Below the pieces are notes generated by a model, which was not told the origin of the DNA, did no database searches, and saw nothing but the letters and a program-made list of their open reading frames with translations. Below, piece after piece: positions 35,870 to 47,985 of a stretch of 64,000 nucleotides of DNA (its first letter is position 1; each line of letters starts with the position of its first letter). Position numbers and translations under genes: made by a program. Source of the stretch: Heterodontus francisci (Eukaryota); NCBI RefSeq assembly GCF_036365525.1, contig NC_090383.1, forward strand, positions 119,476,531-119,540,530, in the 5' to 3' direction.

Positions 35870-37460
35870 CAACAACAACTTATATTTATATATCGCCTTT
35901 AACATAATAAAATGTCCCAAGGCACTTTACAGGAGCATTATAAAACAAAGTATGACACAGAGCTACATAGGGTGATAATAGGTCAGGTGACCAAAAGCTT
36001 GGTCAAAGAGGTAGGTTTTAAGTAGTGTCTTAAAGGAGGAAAGCGAGGTGGAGAGGTGTAGGGAGTAAAAGCACAGCCACCAATGGTGGAACAATTAAAA
36101 TCAAGGAAGCACAAGAGGCCAGAATTGGAGGAGTGCAGATATAGTCGAGGGTTGTGGGGCTGGAGGAGGTTACAGAGATAGGGAGGAGTGAGACCATGGC
36201 TGTGTTTGTGATCAAGGACTTTGTTGGACTGGAAGCCAATGTAGATCAGTGAGCACAGGGGTGATAGGGGAACAGGACTTGGAACGAGTTAAGACACAGG
36301 CCGCAGAGTTTTGGATGACTTCAAGTTTACAGAGAGTAGAATGTGGGAGACCAGCCAGGAGTGCGTTGGAATAGTCAAATCTAGAGGTTACGAAGGCATG
36401 AATGAGGGTTTCAGCAGCAGATGATCTGAGACGGGGTGAAGTCAGGCGATGTTACAAAGGTGGAAATAAGTGGTCTTAGTGATGGCACCAATATGAGGTC
36501 GGAAGTGCATCTCAGGGTCAAATGTGACACCAAGGTTGCAAACAGACTGGTTTAATCTCAGGCTGTCGCCAGGGAGAAGGATGGAGTCGGTAGCTAGGGA
36601 ACAGAGTTTGTAGTGGGGACCGAAAATAGTGACTTTAGACTTCCCAATAATTAATTGGAGGAAATTTCTGCTGACCCAATACTGGATATCGGATAAGCAG
36701 TCTGATAATTTAGTAACGGTGGAGGAGTCCAGAGAGGTGGTGGTGAGGTGGAGCTGGGTGTCATCAGTGTATATGAGAAAACTAACGCTGTGCTTTCGGA
36801 CCAAGTGGCTGAGGGGCAGCTTGTAGATAAGAAATAGGAGGGGGCCAAGGAAGACCCTTGGGGGATACCAGAGGTAACGGTGCAGGAGCAGGAAGAGAAG
36901 CCATTGCAAGTGATTCTCTGGCTACAATTAGATTGATAAGAATGGAACCAGGTGAGAGCAGTCCCACCCAGTTGGATGATAGTGGAGAGGCGTTGGAAGA
37001 GGATGGTGTGGTCAAGAGTGTCAAAGGCTGTAGACAGGTCGAGAAGGACGAGGAGGGAAAGTTCACACGTGATGTCATTTATGATTTTGATAAGAGCTGT
37101 TTCGGTACTTTGGCAGGGGAGGAAATCTGATTGGAAGGATTCAAACACAGAGTTCTGGGTAAAATGGGAACCAATTTGGAAGGCGCCAACACGTTTGAGA
37201 ACTTTGGAGAGGAAAGGGAGGTTGGAGATGGGGCAGTAGTTTGCAAGGTTGGTGAGGTTAAGGGTTATTTTTTGGAGGAGTGGGTGATGATGGTAGATTT
37301 AAAGGAGAGGGACAACACCCGAAGAGAGAGAACCATCAACAATATCAGCCAACATGGGGACCAGGAGAGGGAGTTGGGTGATCAGCAGTTTAGTGGGAAC
37401 AGGAGGTGAATCTCATGGACAAGATGAGCTCAGAGAGGGCAAGAGGGGAGATAGGAGAGA
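35870..37460 (-). mobile_element. L2-type LINE fragment (RT domain, frameshifted)
   Basis: STETALIKI..LLDLSTAFDTLDH, GIPQGS, LGPLLFLIY..YTDDTQL. Confidence 0.9.
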
Positions 37461-38364
37461 AACTAGAGAAAGATACGAGCCATTTCAGAAAGGATTTTAA
37501 CTTCCTCTGCCCAGTGGGAACCGGGAGTTAAGATTGGGTTGTAGACTTACTGCTGGTTTTCTGCTCTGTGCCCGCCTTCAGTTGCCGATTTCATGGATGG
37601 CTAAGGCCCCACTAATTGTACTCCCTTGTACTGTCCCCATTTGAACTCCAGTAAGTCAAAGGGGTGTAAACTTGACCATACCTGTTGCATGACTGGTTTA
37701 GCCATTCATCACCAAAACTGGCCTGACCACATCAAGCTGAACCAAGCCTCATCCTCATCCAAACCTCAACTGGAGTGCAAAGATAATCCCAGGCTCCTTT
37801 CCTCTGCTACAACCACCTCTTTCAATCCCTCTCCTCTGCTCCTGCTCCCTGTTCCCTCCACCCTCACTGCTAACAATTCTGAGGAGCTGATGGATTTCTT
37901 TAAGACGGTGAATATCTAATGCTCCATTCTTCTCTTGCCCACCAAACCTCTGCCCAGTCTCTCTCCTGAGCCTCCCCCTCAACTCCAACCTCCTGCTCCC
38001 ACTAACTCCCTCACCTCCTCCTCTTTTCATCAGCCCTCTCCTCAAGAAGGTTTTAATCTCTCTGTTCTAACTCGTCCCTCCCTCACCAAGGTCCTTTAAC
38101 TGTTGTTATACCCTCATCCACGCTCGTCCTTTTTTTGCGTTTGTTCTGATGACCTGGGTGGCACTGCGGGGCCACATTTATTGTCCATCCCTGGCTGTGT
38201 ATGACCCCAGGGTGCTGGTCACCTGAATGCCCAAGTGAGAATTCATACAAGATGCAGAAAGTGAACATCACTTTACTGAACACCACGAGGGGCATCACAT
38301 CTGACCATGTTGCTGTACTGGTTAGTGACTGGGAGTGGGAATCCTAACCATTTTTCCTTTCACA

Positions 38365-39737
38365 CTTCTCTGCATTAAATTTCATCTGACGGGTGTCTGT
38401 CCATTCCACCAGCCTGTCTATGTCCTCTGAAAGTCGATCACTATCCGCCTCGCACTTCCAAGTTTTGTTTCATCTACAAATTTTGAAATTGTGCCCTGCA
38501 AACCCAAGTCTAGGTCATTAATATATATCAAGAAAATCAGTGGTCCTAATATCAGCCCCTGGGGGACACCACTGTATACCTCCCCCCAGTCTGAAAAACA
38601 ACCCATCACCACTAATCTCTGTTTCCTGACACTCATCCAATTTCATATCCCTGCTGCCACTTGTCCCTTTTATTCCATGGGCTTTAACTTTGCTGACAAG
38701 CCTGTTATGTGACACTTTATCAAATGCCATGTACGCCACATCAACCACATTACCCTCATCACCCTCTGTTACCTGTTATGAAAGTGCTTCTATTTTTTAA
38801 TATTTTATGAGGACATATGTTTTAAAATTGTGGAAATTGATTCCTTTAGTGGACTGAAGAGATTACATAGATGCTGGACTTTGTTTTTTTTAAAAAACAA
38901 AGGTCAATGGAAGGACTTTGGGACTTGGTTTAGAAACACACTTACTGGAAGTCACATGTCTTCAGCTAAGTATACAGCAAGAGCCTTGGTGACTAGGGGG
39001 AGTTGTTTACAGAGAAGTGACACGTCAACATTTATGGTGGTCAAGAGTTGGTTTTGTATTGGATATTGTTTTGAGTCAGTTGGGTTTGCAGCCTGCTGAG
39101 AGAAGCACCAGCTCATCCTTACTCCACCTCTCTGAGAAACCCTGAGAATCCAGTCTGTGATAGCTGAAACCCCTGATGTTGCAATTCTTCTGGAAAGCCT
39201 GTCAGACTAATCCTCAATGTCTCCCGAAGAGAACTGTTCCAAAAAGATCCCAGTGACAGCCGTCTATGCGTATTTGGAATGCCAGAATAAAGGGACAACG
39301 GATATCATTCCATATCTTCTCCTTTTCCTTCAAGAATTAACAAGTATTTGGCCAAAGTATTTTTTTTCATCTTTTTTGTAAAGAGATCTCTGCAGAGAAA
39401 ACTTAATTTTTTCCTTAACCAGTGTGTGTGTGTGTTTGTGTCTGTTGGCCTAAGTTAGAGGGAACTTTCATATTTAAATCTGTGTGTTAATGCTTTGCAT
39501 CTTTACTGAATATGTCGTGTTTGATAATAAATTGATAATTTTGTTGTTTATTAAAGAAACCTGGTCGGTGGATTTTATTCTGAAATAAAAAGAGTATATA
39601 ATTGGCCACATCAGTACATATGTTGTGACCTGTGGAGAAGTGGAACTGGAGAAAGACAGTGCACTCCTCCAGTCTTGATTGTAACATGCCTCATCAAAAA
39701 ACTCAATCAAGTTAGTTAAACACGATTTGCCTTTAGC
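38365..39737 (-). mobile_element. CR1 LINE RT fragment interrupted by a solo LTR
   Basis: AFDKVSH..SGVPQGLILGPLIFLIYINDL; the reading LIEFFDE|V.. continues across the insertion at 38774-39686. Confidence 0.85.
38774..39686 (+). mobile_element. Solo LTR (Gypsy- or ERV-type, 913 bp)
   Basis: TGTTA...TAACA termini; flanks TACC/TGCC (4-bp TSD, 1 mismatch); AATAAA motifs near the 3' end; precisely interrupts a CR1. Confidence 0.8.
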
Positions 39738-39782
39738 AACCCTAACCCTAACCTTAATCCTAATCCTAATCCTAACCCTAAT
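39738..39782. repeat. Short interstitial telomere-like repeat (CCCTAA/TCCTAA)~7
   Basis: AACCCTAACCCTAACCTTAATCCTAATCCTAATCCTAACCCTAA. Confidence 0.75.
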
Positions 39783-40336
39783 TAGTCTCTCCTACTGCCA
39801 AAACAGCTAGAATCAGCTGCTTCAACACAGACTGGTGATAGAACCTGAATCAGACTGTTCTGCATGGATCAGTTACTCACGATGGGTCACAGGTGGGTAA
39901 AAGGGGTTGATCTACAGATCAACCATTGTCTAATTGAATGGCATAAGAAGCTCGAGGGGCTGAATGACCTATTCCTATTGCTATGTTCACTGTTGATACC
40001 CAGCGGAGCTATTACAGGAGCTGGGCCAGCAGTTCCAAGCTTAAATTACGACAGTAACTATACTTCAAAAGACATCATTGATTGTAAAATGCTTTGAGAT
40101 ATGTTGAGATCAAGAAAGACAAGCCTTTCACTAATGTTGCTTCTCATAACATTGTGTGGTATTCAGACCTGCTACAAACAATAATAATCCCTTTTAAAAA
40201 TTCTTCAGATCTTTAGCATTTTAAAAACTTTTAATCTGTTCCACACAGCCAATTTTAAAATTAAAACTCATTGTTCTTACCAGTTGCTGATGCATTAAAC
40301 CTGGTTCCTACTGCAGCAATCCTCGCTTCCAGGTGT

Positions 40337-40475
40337 TCACCAGAAGGAGCCGCTGCTGCATCCTGCCCTTCCTCCACCACCAGGTGGCGCTGCTACCACC
40401 TGCTTATCCCCTAATGCACCACCAGATGGCGCTGCTACCACCTGTTCCTTCCTAATTCACCACCAGGGGCGCTAC
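40337..40475 (+). promoter_or_regulatory. Tandem CTCF-like motifs, left part (~42-bp spacing)
   Basis: CCACCAGGTGGCGCTG (40377), CCACCAGATGGCGCTG (40419), CCACCAGGGGCGCTA (40460) and a degenerate copy at 40337 match the CTCF core CCACCAGRKGGCGC. Confidence 0.65.
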
Positions 40476-40489
40476 CACCACATGGTAGC

Positions 40490-42371
40490 TGCCACATGCA
40501 CACACTGAACCTCTCTCTCCAGCAGCACCGCCTTACCTTATCTCAAAGCTGTTCTACTCCGCAGTTTCATTTCATCCTTCGTCTCATCCGACACATTAAC
40601 AAAAAACATTTTTTCTTCCTTTCAGATGTCAAGGAACGCAAGCTCCAGCAGCTGATGGGGACGAATGCTCCTCCAGATCTCTCTGCTTCTTCCTTGAACA
40701 GAGGTCCAACCAGTCCCCATCCACCACCACCCTCCTCCGCCTGGCTGAACTTGTTCTCACATTGAACAACTTCTCCTTCAACTCCACTCACTTCCTTCAA
40801 GTAAAAGGTGTTGCTATGGGTACCCACATGGGTCCTCGTTATGTCTGTCTTTTTGTGGGATATGTCGAGCATTCTTTGTTCCAGTCCTACTCAGGCCCCC
40901 TCCCCCAACTCTTTTTCCGGTACATTGATGACTGTATCGGTGCCGTTTCCTGCTCCCGCCCCGAACTGGAAAACTTTGTCAACTTTGCTTCCAATTTCCA
41001 CCCTTCTCTCACCTTTACATGGTCCATCTCTGACACTTCCCTTCTCTTCCTCGACTTCTCTGTCTCCATCTCTGGGGATAGGTTGTCCACTAATATCCAT
41101 TATAAACCCACCGACTCCCACAGCTACCTCGACTACACTTCTTCACACCCTATCTCCTGTAAGGACTCCATTCCATTCTCCCAGTTTCTCCGTCTCCGAC
41201 GCATCTGCTCTGATGATGCTACCTTCCATGACGGTGCTTCTGATATGACCTTTTTCCTCAACCAAGGATTGCCCCCCGCTGTTGTTGACAGGGCCCCCAA
41301 CTGTGTCCGGCCCATTTCCCGCACCTCTACCCTCACCCCTTCCCCTCCCTCCCAGAACCATGACAGGGTTCCCCTTGTCCTCACTTTCCACCCCATCAGC
41401 CTCCATATCCAAAGGATCATCCTCTGCCATTTCCGCCACCTCCAGCGTGATGCCACTACCAAACGCATCTTCCCCTCCCTTCCCCGGTCAGCATTCCGAA
41501 GGGATCGTTCCCTCTGCGACACCCTGGTCCACTCCTCCATTACCCCCACCACCTCGTCCCTGTCCCATGGCACCTTCCCCTGCAATCGCTGGAGGTGTAA
41601 TACCTGCCCATTTATCTCCTCTCTCCTCACTATCCCAGGCCCCAAACACTCCTTTCAGGTGAAGCAGCGATTTACTTGCACTTCTTTCAATGTAGTATAC
41701 TGTATTCGCTGCTCGCAATGTGGTCTCCTCTACATTGGGGAGACAAAACGCAGACTGGTGACCGCTTTGTGGAACACCTCCGCTTAGTCCGCAAGGCAGG
41801 ACCCTGAGCTTCTGGTTCCTTGCCATTTCAACACTCCCCCCTGCTCTCATGCTCACCTCTCTGTCCTGGGATTGCTGCAGTGTTCCAGTGAACATCAACG
41901 CAAGCTCGAGGAACAGCATCTCATTTACCGATTAGGCACACTACAGCCTGCCGGACTGAACATTGAGTTCAATAATTTCAGAGCATGACGGGCCCCCCAT
42001 TTTACTTTTATTTTTAGTTATTTTTTCTTTTTCTTTTTTACATTTTTTACAACTTTTTTTTTCATGTTTATTTCATTTCATCTCAGTTTGTTCAGTTTGC
42101 TTACCCACTGTTTTTTTTCATGTTTGGACTTGCTGCTGTTCAATCTTCAGTCCGTTAACACCCTATTTGTACTAATGCTTTGTCTTTCAACACACCATTA
42201 ACATAGTGTTTGCCTTTGCTCCATGAGCTTTTGGTCAGCTATGTGGCCTTGTCCAATCTACACCTTCTCCCTTGTTATCTCTTGCCCCACCCCCGCCTCA
42301 CTTGCTTATAACCTTTGACATTTCTAATATTTGTCAGTTCCGAAGAAGGGTCACTGACCCGAAATGTTAAC
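40490..42371 (+). mobile_element. Penelope-like retroelement (RT + GIY-YIG endonuclease), internally deleted; tail continues at 43841-43907
   Basis: ORF 40762-41787: QVKGVAMGTHMGP, RYIDD, YKPTDSHSYLDYTSSHP, CxxxxCxxC linker, NVVYCIRCSQCGLLYIGET. Confidence 0.93.
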
Positions 42372-43840
42372 ATTTTAGATTTATTTTAAATTTAGAGATA
42401 CAGCACTGAAACAGGCCCTTCGGCCCACCAAGTCTGTGCCGACCATTAACCACCCATTTATACTAATCCTAATCCTGTGAAGAAGGAATTTTCCTCCACA
42501 CAAGATCAGGGGGCAGGTTGTTCAACCTTGCCCGTCTAAGAGCGAAGTCCAAAGTACGGAAAGTCCTCATCAGGGAACTCCTCTTTGCTGACGATGCTGC
42601 TTTAACATCTCACACTGAAGAGTGCCTGCAGAGTCTCATCGACAGGTTTGCGGCTGCCTGCAATGAATTTGGCCTAACCATCAGCCTCAAGAAAACAAAC
42701 ATCATGGGGCAGGACGTCAGAAATGCTCCATCCATCAATATTGGCGACCACGCTCTGGAAGTGGTTCAAGAGTTCACCTACCTAGGCTCAACTATCACCA
42801 GTAACCTGTCTCTAGATGCAGAAATCAACAAGCGCATGGGAAAGGCTTCCACTGCTATGTCCAGACTGGCCAAGAGAGTGTGGGAAAATGGCGCACTGAC
42901 ACGGAACACAAAAGTCCGAGTGTATCAAGCCTGTGCCCTCAGTACCTTGCTCTATGGCAGCGAGGCCTGGACAACGTATGTCAGCCAAGAGCGACGTATC
43001 AATTCATTCCATCTTCGCTGCCTCCGGAGAATACTTGGCATCAGGTGGCAGGACCGTATCTCCAACACAGAAGTCCTCGAGGCGGCCAACATCCCCAGCT
43101 TGTACACACTACTGAGTCAGCAGCGCTTGAGATGGCTTGGCCATGTGAGCCGCATGGAAGATGGCAGGATCCCCAAAGACACATTGTACAGCGAGCTCGC
43201 CACTGGTATCAGACCCACCGGCCGTCCATGTCTCCGCTTTAAAGACGTCCGCAAACGCGACATGAAATCCTGTGACATTGATCACAAGTCGTGGGAGTCA
43301 GTTGCCAGCGTTCGCCAGAGCTGGCAGGCAGCCATAAAGACGGGGCTAAAATGTGGCGAATCGAAGAGACTTAGTAGTTGGCAGGAAAAAAGACAGAGGC
43401 GCAAGGGGAGAGCCAACTGTGCAACAGCCCCGACAAACAAATTTCTCTGCAGCACCTGTGGAAGAGCCTGTCACTCTAGAATTGGCCTTCATAGCCACTC
43501 CAGGCGCTGCTTCACAAACCACTGACCACCTCCAGGCGCGTATCCATTGTCTCTCGAGATAAGGAGGCACAAAGAAAGAAAGAAGAACACTAATCCCATA
43601 TTCCTACCACATCCTCACCTGTCCCTATATTCTCCTACCACCTACCTATACTAGGGGCAATTTATAATGGCCAATTAACCTATCAACCTGCAAGTCTTTT
43701 GGCTTGTGGGAGGAAACTGGAGCACCCGGAGGAAACCCACGCAGACACAGGGAGAACTTGCAAACTCCACACAGGCAGTACCCAGAATTGACCCGGTTCG
43801 CTGGAGCTGTGAGGCTGCGGTGCTAACCACCATGCCGCCC
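42372..43840 (-). mobile_element. V-SINE (HE1-like) inserted into the Penelope tail
   Basis: - strand V-domain GTGTGGAGTTTGCAAGTTCTCCCTGTGTCTGCGTGGGTTTCCTCCGGGTGCTCCAGTTTCCTCCCAC; AAC duplicated at both junctions; split by an RTE. Confidence 0.8.
42470..43588 (+). mobile_element. 5'-truncated RTE (BovB-like) LINE with uninterrupted 335-codon ORF2 C-terminus
   Basis: LLFADD, FGLTISLKKT, LLYGSEAW, RLRWLGHV, C-terminal CxxC..HxxxC; (GAA) tail; ACTAATCC duplicated on both sides. Confidence 0.92.
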
Positions 43841-43931
43841 AACTCTGCTTCTCTTTCCACAGATGCTGCCAGACCTGCTGAGTGGTTCCAACATTTCTTG
43901 TTTTTATATCACATGGTCTTCCTCTAATTCA

Positions 43932-43990
43932 CCACCAGATGGCGCTGCTACCACCTGCTGCTCCCCTAATTCACCACCAGATGGCGGTGC
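43932..43990 (+). promoter_or_regulatory. Tandem CTCF-like motifs, right part
   Basis: CCACCAGATGGCGCTG (43932) and CCACCAGATGGCGGTG (43974), 42 bp apart, same unit as 40377-40475. Confidence 0.65.
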
Positions 43991-46274
43991 GAGCTCATTC
44001 TTCCAATAGTTTCTCAAACTCAGTCCCAGGCCTCAGCCTCATCCAGCTGCTAGTTTTAATATATTTAACATTTCTTCAGCTTAATACAGAAACTACCTAA
44101 ACAGCAAGATAAACAAGAAGAAATGGCAAGTTGCAGCCTTCTATCTTGGCTTGCTTGGTGCCTAGTTTCCTGATGCATTTCCTATTGAACAGAGTAAAGG
44201 AACTGGTGACAATTCAAAACTCCTGGGAACCTCAAGCAGCTCCTCGATTCCCAGAGTTCAGCTCCACCGGGCACTTTGCAAACTTTAAATCGGTTTACAA
44301 CACGCAGACAGGCTGTTTGACCCGATCAATCCATGTTGATGTTTCTCCTCCACATGCAGCACCCTATTGCTGGCCTGTTCTCAGATTGCTCTGTCTCCCT
44401 TTCCTTCACCCACCTGTCTAAACCATTCTGATCTGGTCTGTGCCTCGGTCACTAACTGAATTCTACAGCCTGACAACCCCCCGCCCCCCTCAACCCCAGG
44501 TGTTTCTCCAGCTCTCTGCCCCAAATCGCAATGAACAGAACAGGCCTGTTTCGATCTACTCTGTCCCATCCCTTAATAATTTTAACCTCCTCGATCAAAT
44601 CATCCTGTAGTCTCCGATGCAATGAAAATAGTCCCAGTTGTTTAAGCTTTTCTTTATTTGTATTTTCTCACATGGGCAGTCTCCCAGTGAATTTGCTTTA
44701 TACTGTCTAAAACCCCACACAATCTTCTAACTGAGGTCTTACTGAGTTTTATATAAGTTACATCTCGGCTTCCTGTACCGCTCTCGCCATCATTCCCAGT
44801 GTTCCATTACATTTTTTATGGCTTTATCCACTTGAAATGCTGCCATTATTGTCTGGTAAACTCAAACATTCAAACCACTCTGGGCTGAGGCCCTTGTAAT
44901 ATTTTCCTTGATTTGGATGACTGTAACATTTCACTTTGATCATCAGAACTGCAATGCCCCTATAGTTATTCCTGGAGACTTCAGGCCAATCCTGGAGAGT
45001 TGGTAACCCCCTTTATTCAGGGCAGGCCTCAGGCTTCTTCCAGGGAAGCGGTTTTGGCCCATTCTGCCTTCGACTGTGCGACTGGGGTAGGTGTCTGTGA
45101 AAGGCCCTTTCAACCTCTTTCACTGATGCACCCCCACTGCCAAACCCCTCATGAATCTGCTTTCTCTCTCCCTGTTTCTGCCTCTGGATCTGAAGCAGCT
45201 GAATGCAAAAAGAAACCTTTCATCTTCCTGGGAAAACCAGGGGTGAAGGGCCGAGGCAACTCGGGAAGAAGGAACTGGGTAGCATCAAGTCTGAGTTGTG
45301 GGTGGGTGTGATGTAGTGTGTTGTGTATGAAACAATGCAGGGCCCATTTTAACCCTGTCCTGTCCAGCAGGAACAGTAGAGGTTCAGGCCAGGGTTAAAA
45401 TAGCGATGGGGTTTGGGGGGGGTTTTACTGTATTTCCCTTCACCATTTTAAGTAGCCTAGTAGAAGGCTGGGCTCCTCAGGTAGGGGGAGGGGGAGGAGC
45501 GAGGAGAGGGGCACTGTGGAGGGGGAGAGGAAAGGGGGGTGCCGGGAGGGAGAAGGGGTGGTTGGGAAGGGACAAGGATGGAGAAGGAGAGAGGGGAATG
45601 ACAGTCGGGAGGGGGGAAGGAGAGAGTGTAGGTGGAAGGAGACAAGGGGAAGGGCGGCAGGAAGAGAGGAGGGATGGCAGGGCATGGGGAGAGGGGAAGG
45701 GCTCAGGGGAGGTACAGTGGGGAGGGCGGGATGCTGAATGAGAGAGGGAGGGGCCTAGTCCCATTCCAATGATGTCAGTTTAACCACGGACCAATGAGAG
45801 GTTGCTCAGTCTCAGACCTGCTGTTAAAGCTGGTGACAGTGAGGATCCTGGGCCTCAAGAGGCCCAGGGAAAGTGTTTCTTTATTATAATTTTATATGTA
45901 TTTAATGGACCGCAAACAACAGGAAGGTGACACTGGCCAATCAGCAGCTTCGATTACCCTAAGGGGACTTAACAGTAAATCAGCGAATGTGTGACTGGAG
46001 TCACGTACATGCCCGGCCCGGGAAAGGACAGCTGGTTTCCTTCCCTCAGGGACATTAATGAACTAGTTAGGCTTTTATGACAATCGACAGCTTCACGTTA
46101 GTTCTGAAATAACCAGATTTATTGAATTTAACTTCACCACTTGCTGTGATGGGATTGCTAGACTAGTGTCAAACCCATTACTACACCACTGGATGATGGT
46201 GGGGACACTATAATGGGCCTCATGTCCCCAGGCAAGGATAAAGGAACACCAGGATTCTCACAAACCGGATGAGC

Positions 46275-46515
46275 GGATAATCTGTTTTTAGTGATATTGG
46301 TTGAGGGATAAATATGGTCCAGGATACACCGGGGAGAACTCCCCCTGCTCTTCTTTAAAAAGGGCATCGGCTTAACCTCGCATCCAAAAGACGGCACCTC
46401 TGACATTGCAGCACTCCCTCAGTACTGCACCTGGGAGTGTCAGCCTGGAATAGGGATTCAAGTCTCTGACTAGGGTCTGACCCCACAATCTTCTCCACTG
46501 AGAAACAGCTAACAA
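46275..46515 (-). mobile_element. Deu-type SINE fragment
   Basis: Same core motifs as 445-850. Confidence 0.7.
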
Positions 46516-47106
46516 CTTAACAGAATCAAACAGTCAAACTTGTTATTGACCACACAACACTGACAATTACTCCAAGATTCTTTATTAAACATTACACAAT
46601 AAGGTGCAGTTACTTGGAATGATATAAATCCCGTTCCTTATTCTATTGAGAGGTACAGTGAAAAGAAATGAATGAGAAGTAAAATGTAAACCATTTATTA
46701 AAAGCTCATTTTGTCTGGGTCTTTATGTCTTAAACTTGCTACACTATCGAGGACACCTCTGCAACAAAGCTGTTCTTTTAAACTGAGGGATGGGGTGATG
46801 GTGACCAGGCAGAATTTATTGTGCTTCCCTGTGTTACCTCCAGTGCATTAAGCATCAATCACACAGTGTGCAGCCCAGAGGCTGATAGTTCCCTGTTCCT
46901 GGAGGACATTCTGGAACCAGTTGGGTTTCTACAGAAATCTACAAGTTTTAATGGTCAATTTCCAAGTGCCAGCGCACAAATGATCACATTTATCAAATTT
47001 AGTTTCATATATTGTCATGGTGAGGATTTGACCCAGTGACCTCTAGGATCATGAGTCTAGTCTTTACTGAGACACTGACATTGAGCCTCTGTGGAGATCC
47101 CCACAC

Positions 47107-47282
47107 TAAAGGCTGGCTACCCGACCCGAACCTGACCAAAGCCGACTACGGGTGTCGGGTTCGGGTCGGGTCGGGTCAGGTCGGGTCTGTCTTCTGCATC
47201 CAGCATTCGGGCTCTGGTCGGGTTGGCTGTTGTCGGGTGGGGCCTGGGTCGGGTTTTAATTTTATACCCGAGCCAGGCTTTA
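47107..47282. mobile_element. hAT-type MITE (176 bp)
   Basis: TIR TAAAGGCTGGCT / AGCCAGGCTTTA (11 of 12 match); perfect 8-bp TSD CCCCACAC; subterminal ACCCG/CGGGT repeats. Confidence 0.85.
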
Positions 47283-47739
47283 CCCCACACTTTCTCCTGC
47301 TGCCTGAGCACTTTACTGGCACTTGGTTAGTGCCTGATGAGTGGCATTAATTTGCAGAGGTCAGAGTGCCACCCACAGCACATCATTCAGTATGGCACAT
47401 CTGCAGGCTTCCATTCCCCAAATTAATCTACAAGCAAAAATATAAAAGTTCTCATATTCAGACATGCTTTTAACATCACTTAATGCCTAGAAACAGACTG
47501 TGCATTCCAATAAAAATACTCTTATTTTACAATCTCACTCAGTTTCAGGACTAGCTCCCCTCTGCCAATACATTGTGACAGCAATCTTTGGTCATTATCA
47601 CCCCTGCGACAAGAGTTAAGTCAACATGAATCAATCACACACAGTTAGCCAGTAAGAGAGGACTGAAAAACCAGATTCCAAACAGTTCCCCTTTCAACAA
47701 GACTGACTTTATGAACAATGCTATTGAACGACTAAAATA

Positions 47740-47985
47740 ACAACAACTTGCATTGATATAGTGCCTTTCACATCATAAAAATATTCTAAGGTGCTTCACA
47801 GGAGCATTATCAAACAAAATTTGACACCAAGCCATATTAAAACAGTTAACCAGAAGCTTGGCTAAAGAGGCAGGGTTTAAGAAGTGTCATAAAGGAGAGA
47901 GAGGTAGAGGGGCAGAGAAGGAGGGAATTCCAGATTTTGGGATCTAGCAGCTGAAGGCTGGGCCGCCAATGGCGGAGTGATGAAA
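47740..47985 (-). mobile_element. L2-type LINE 3' tail
   Basis: Similar to 4846-5100. Confidence 0.65.
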
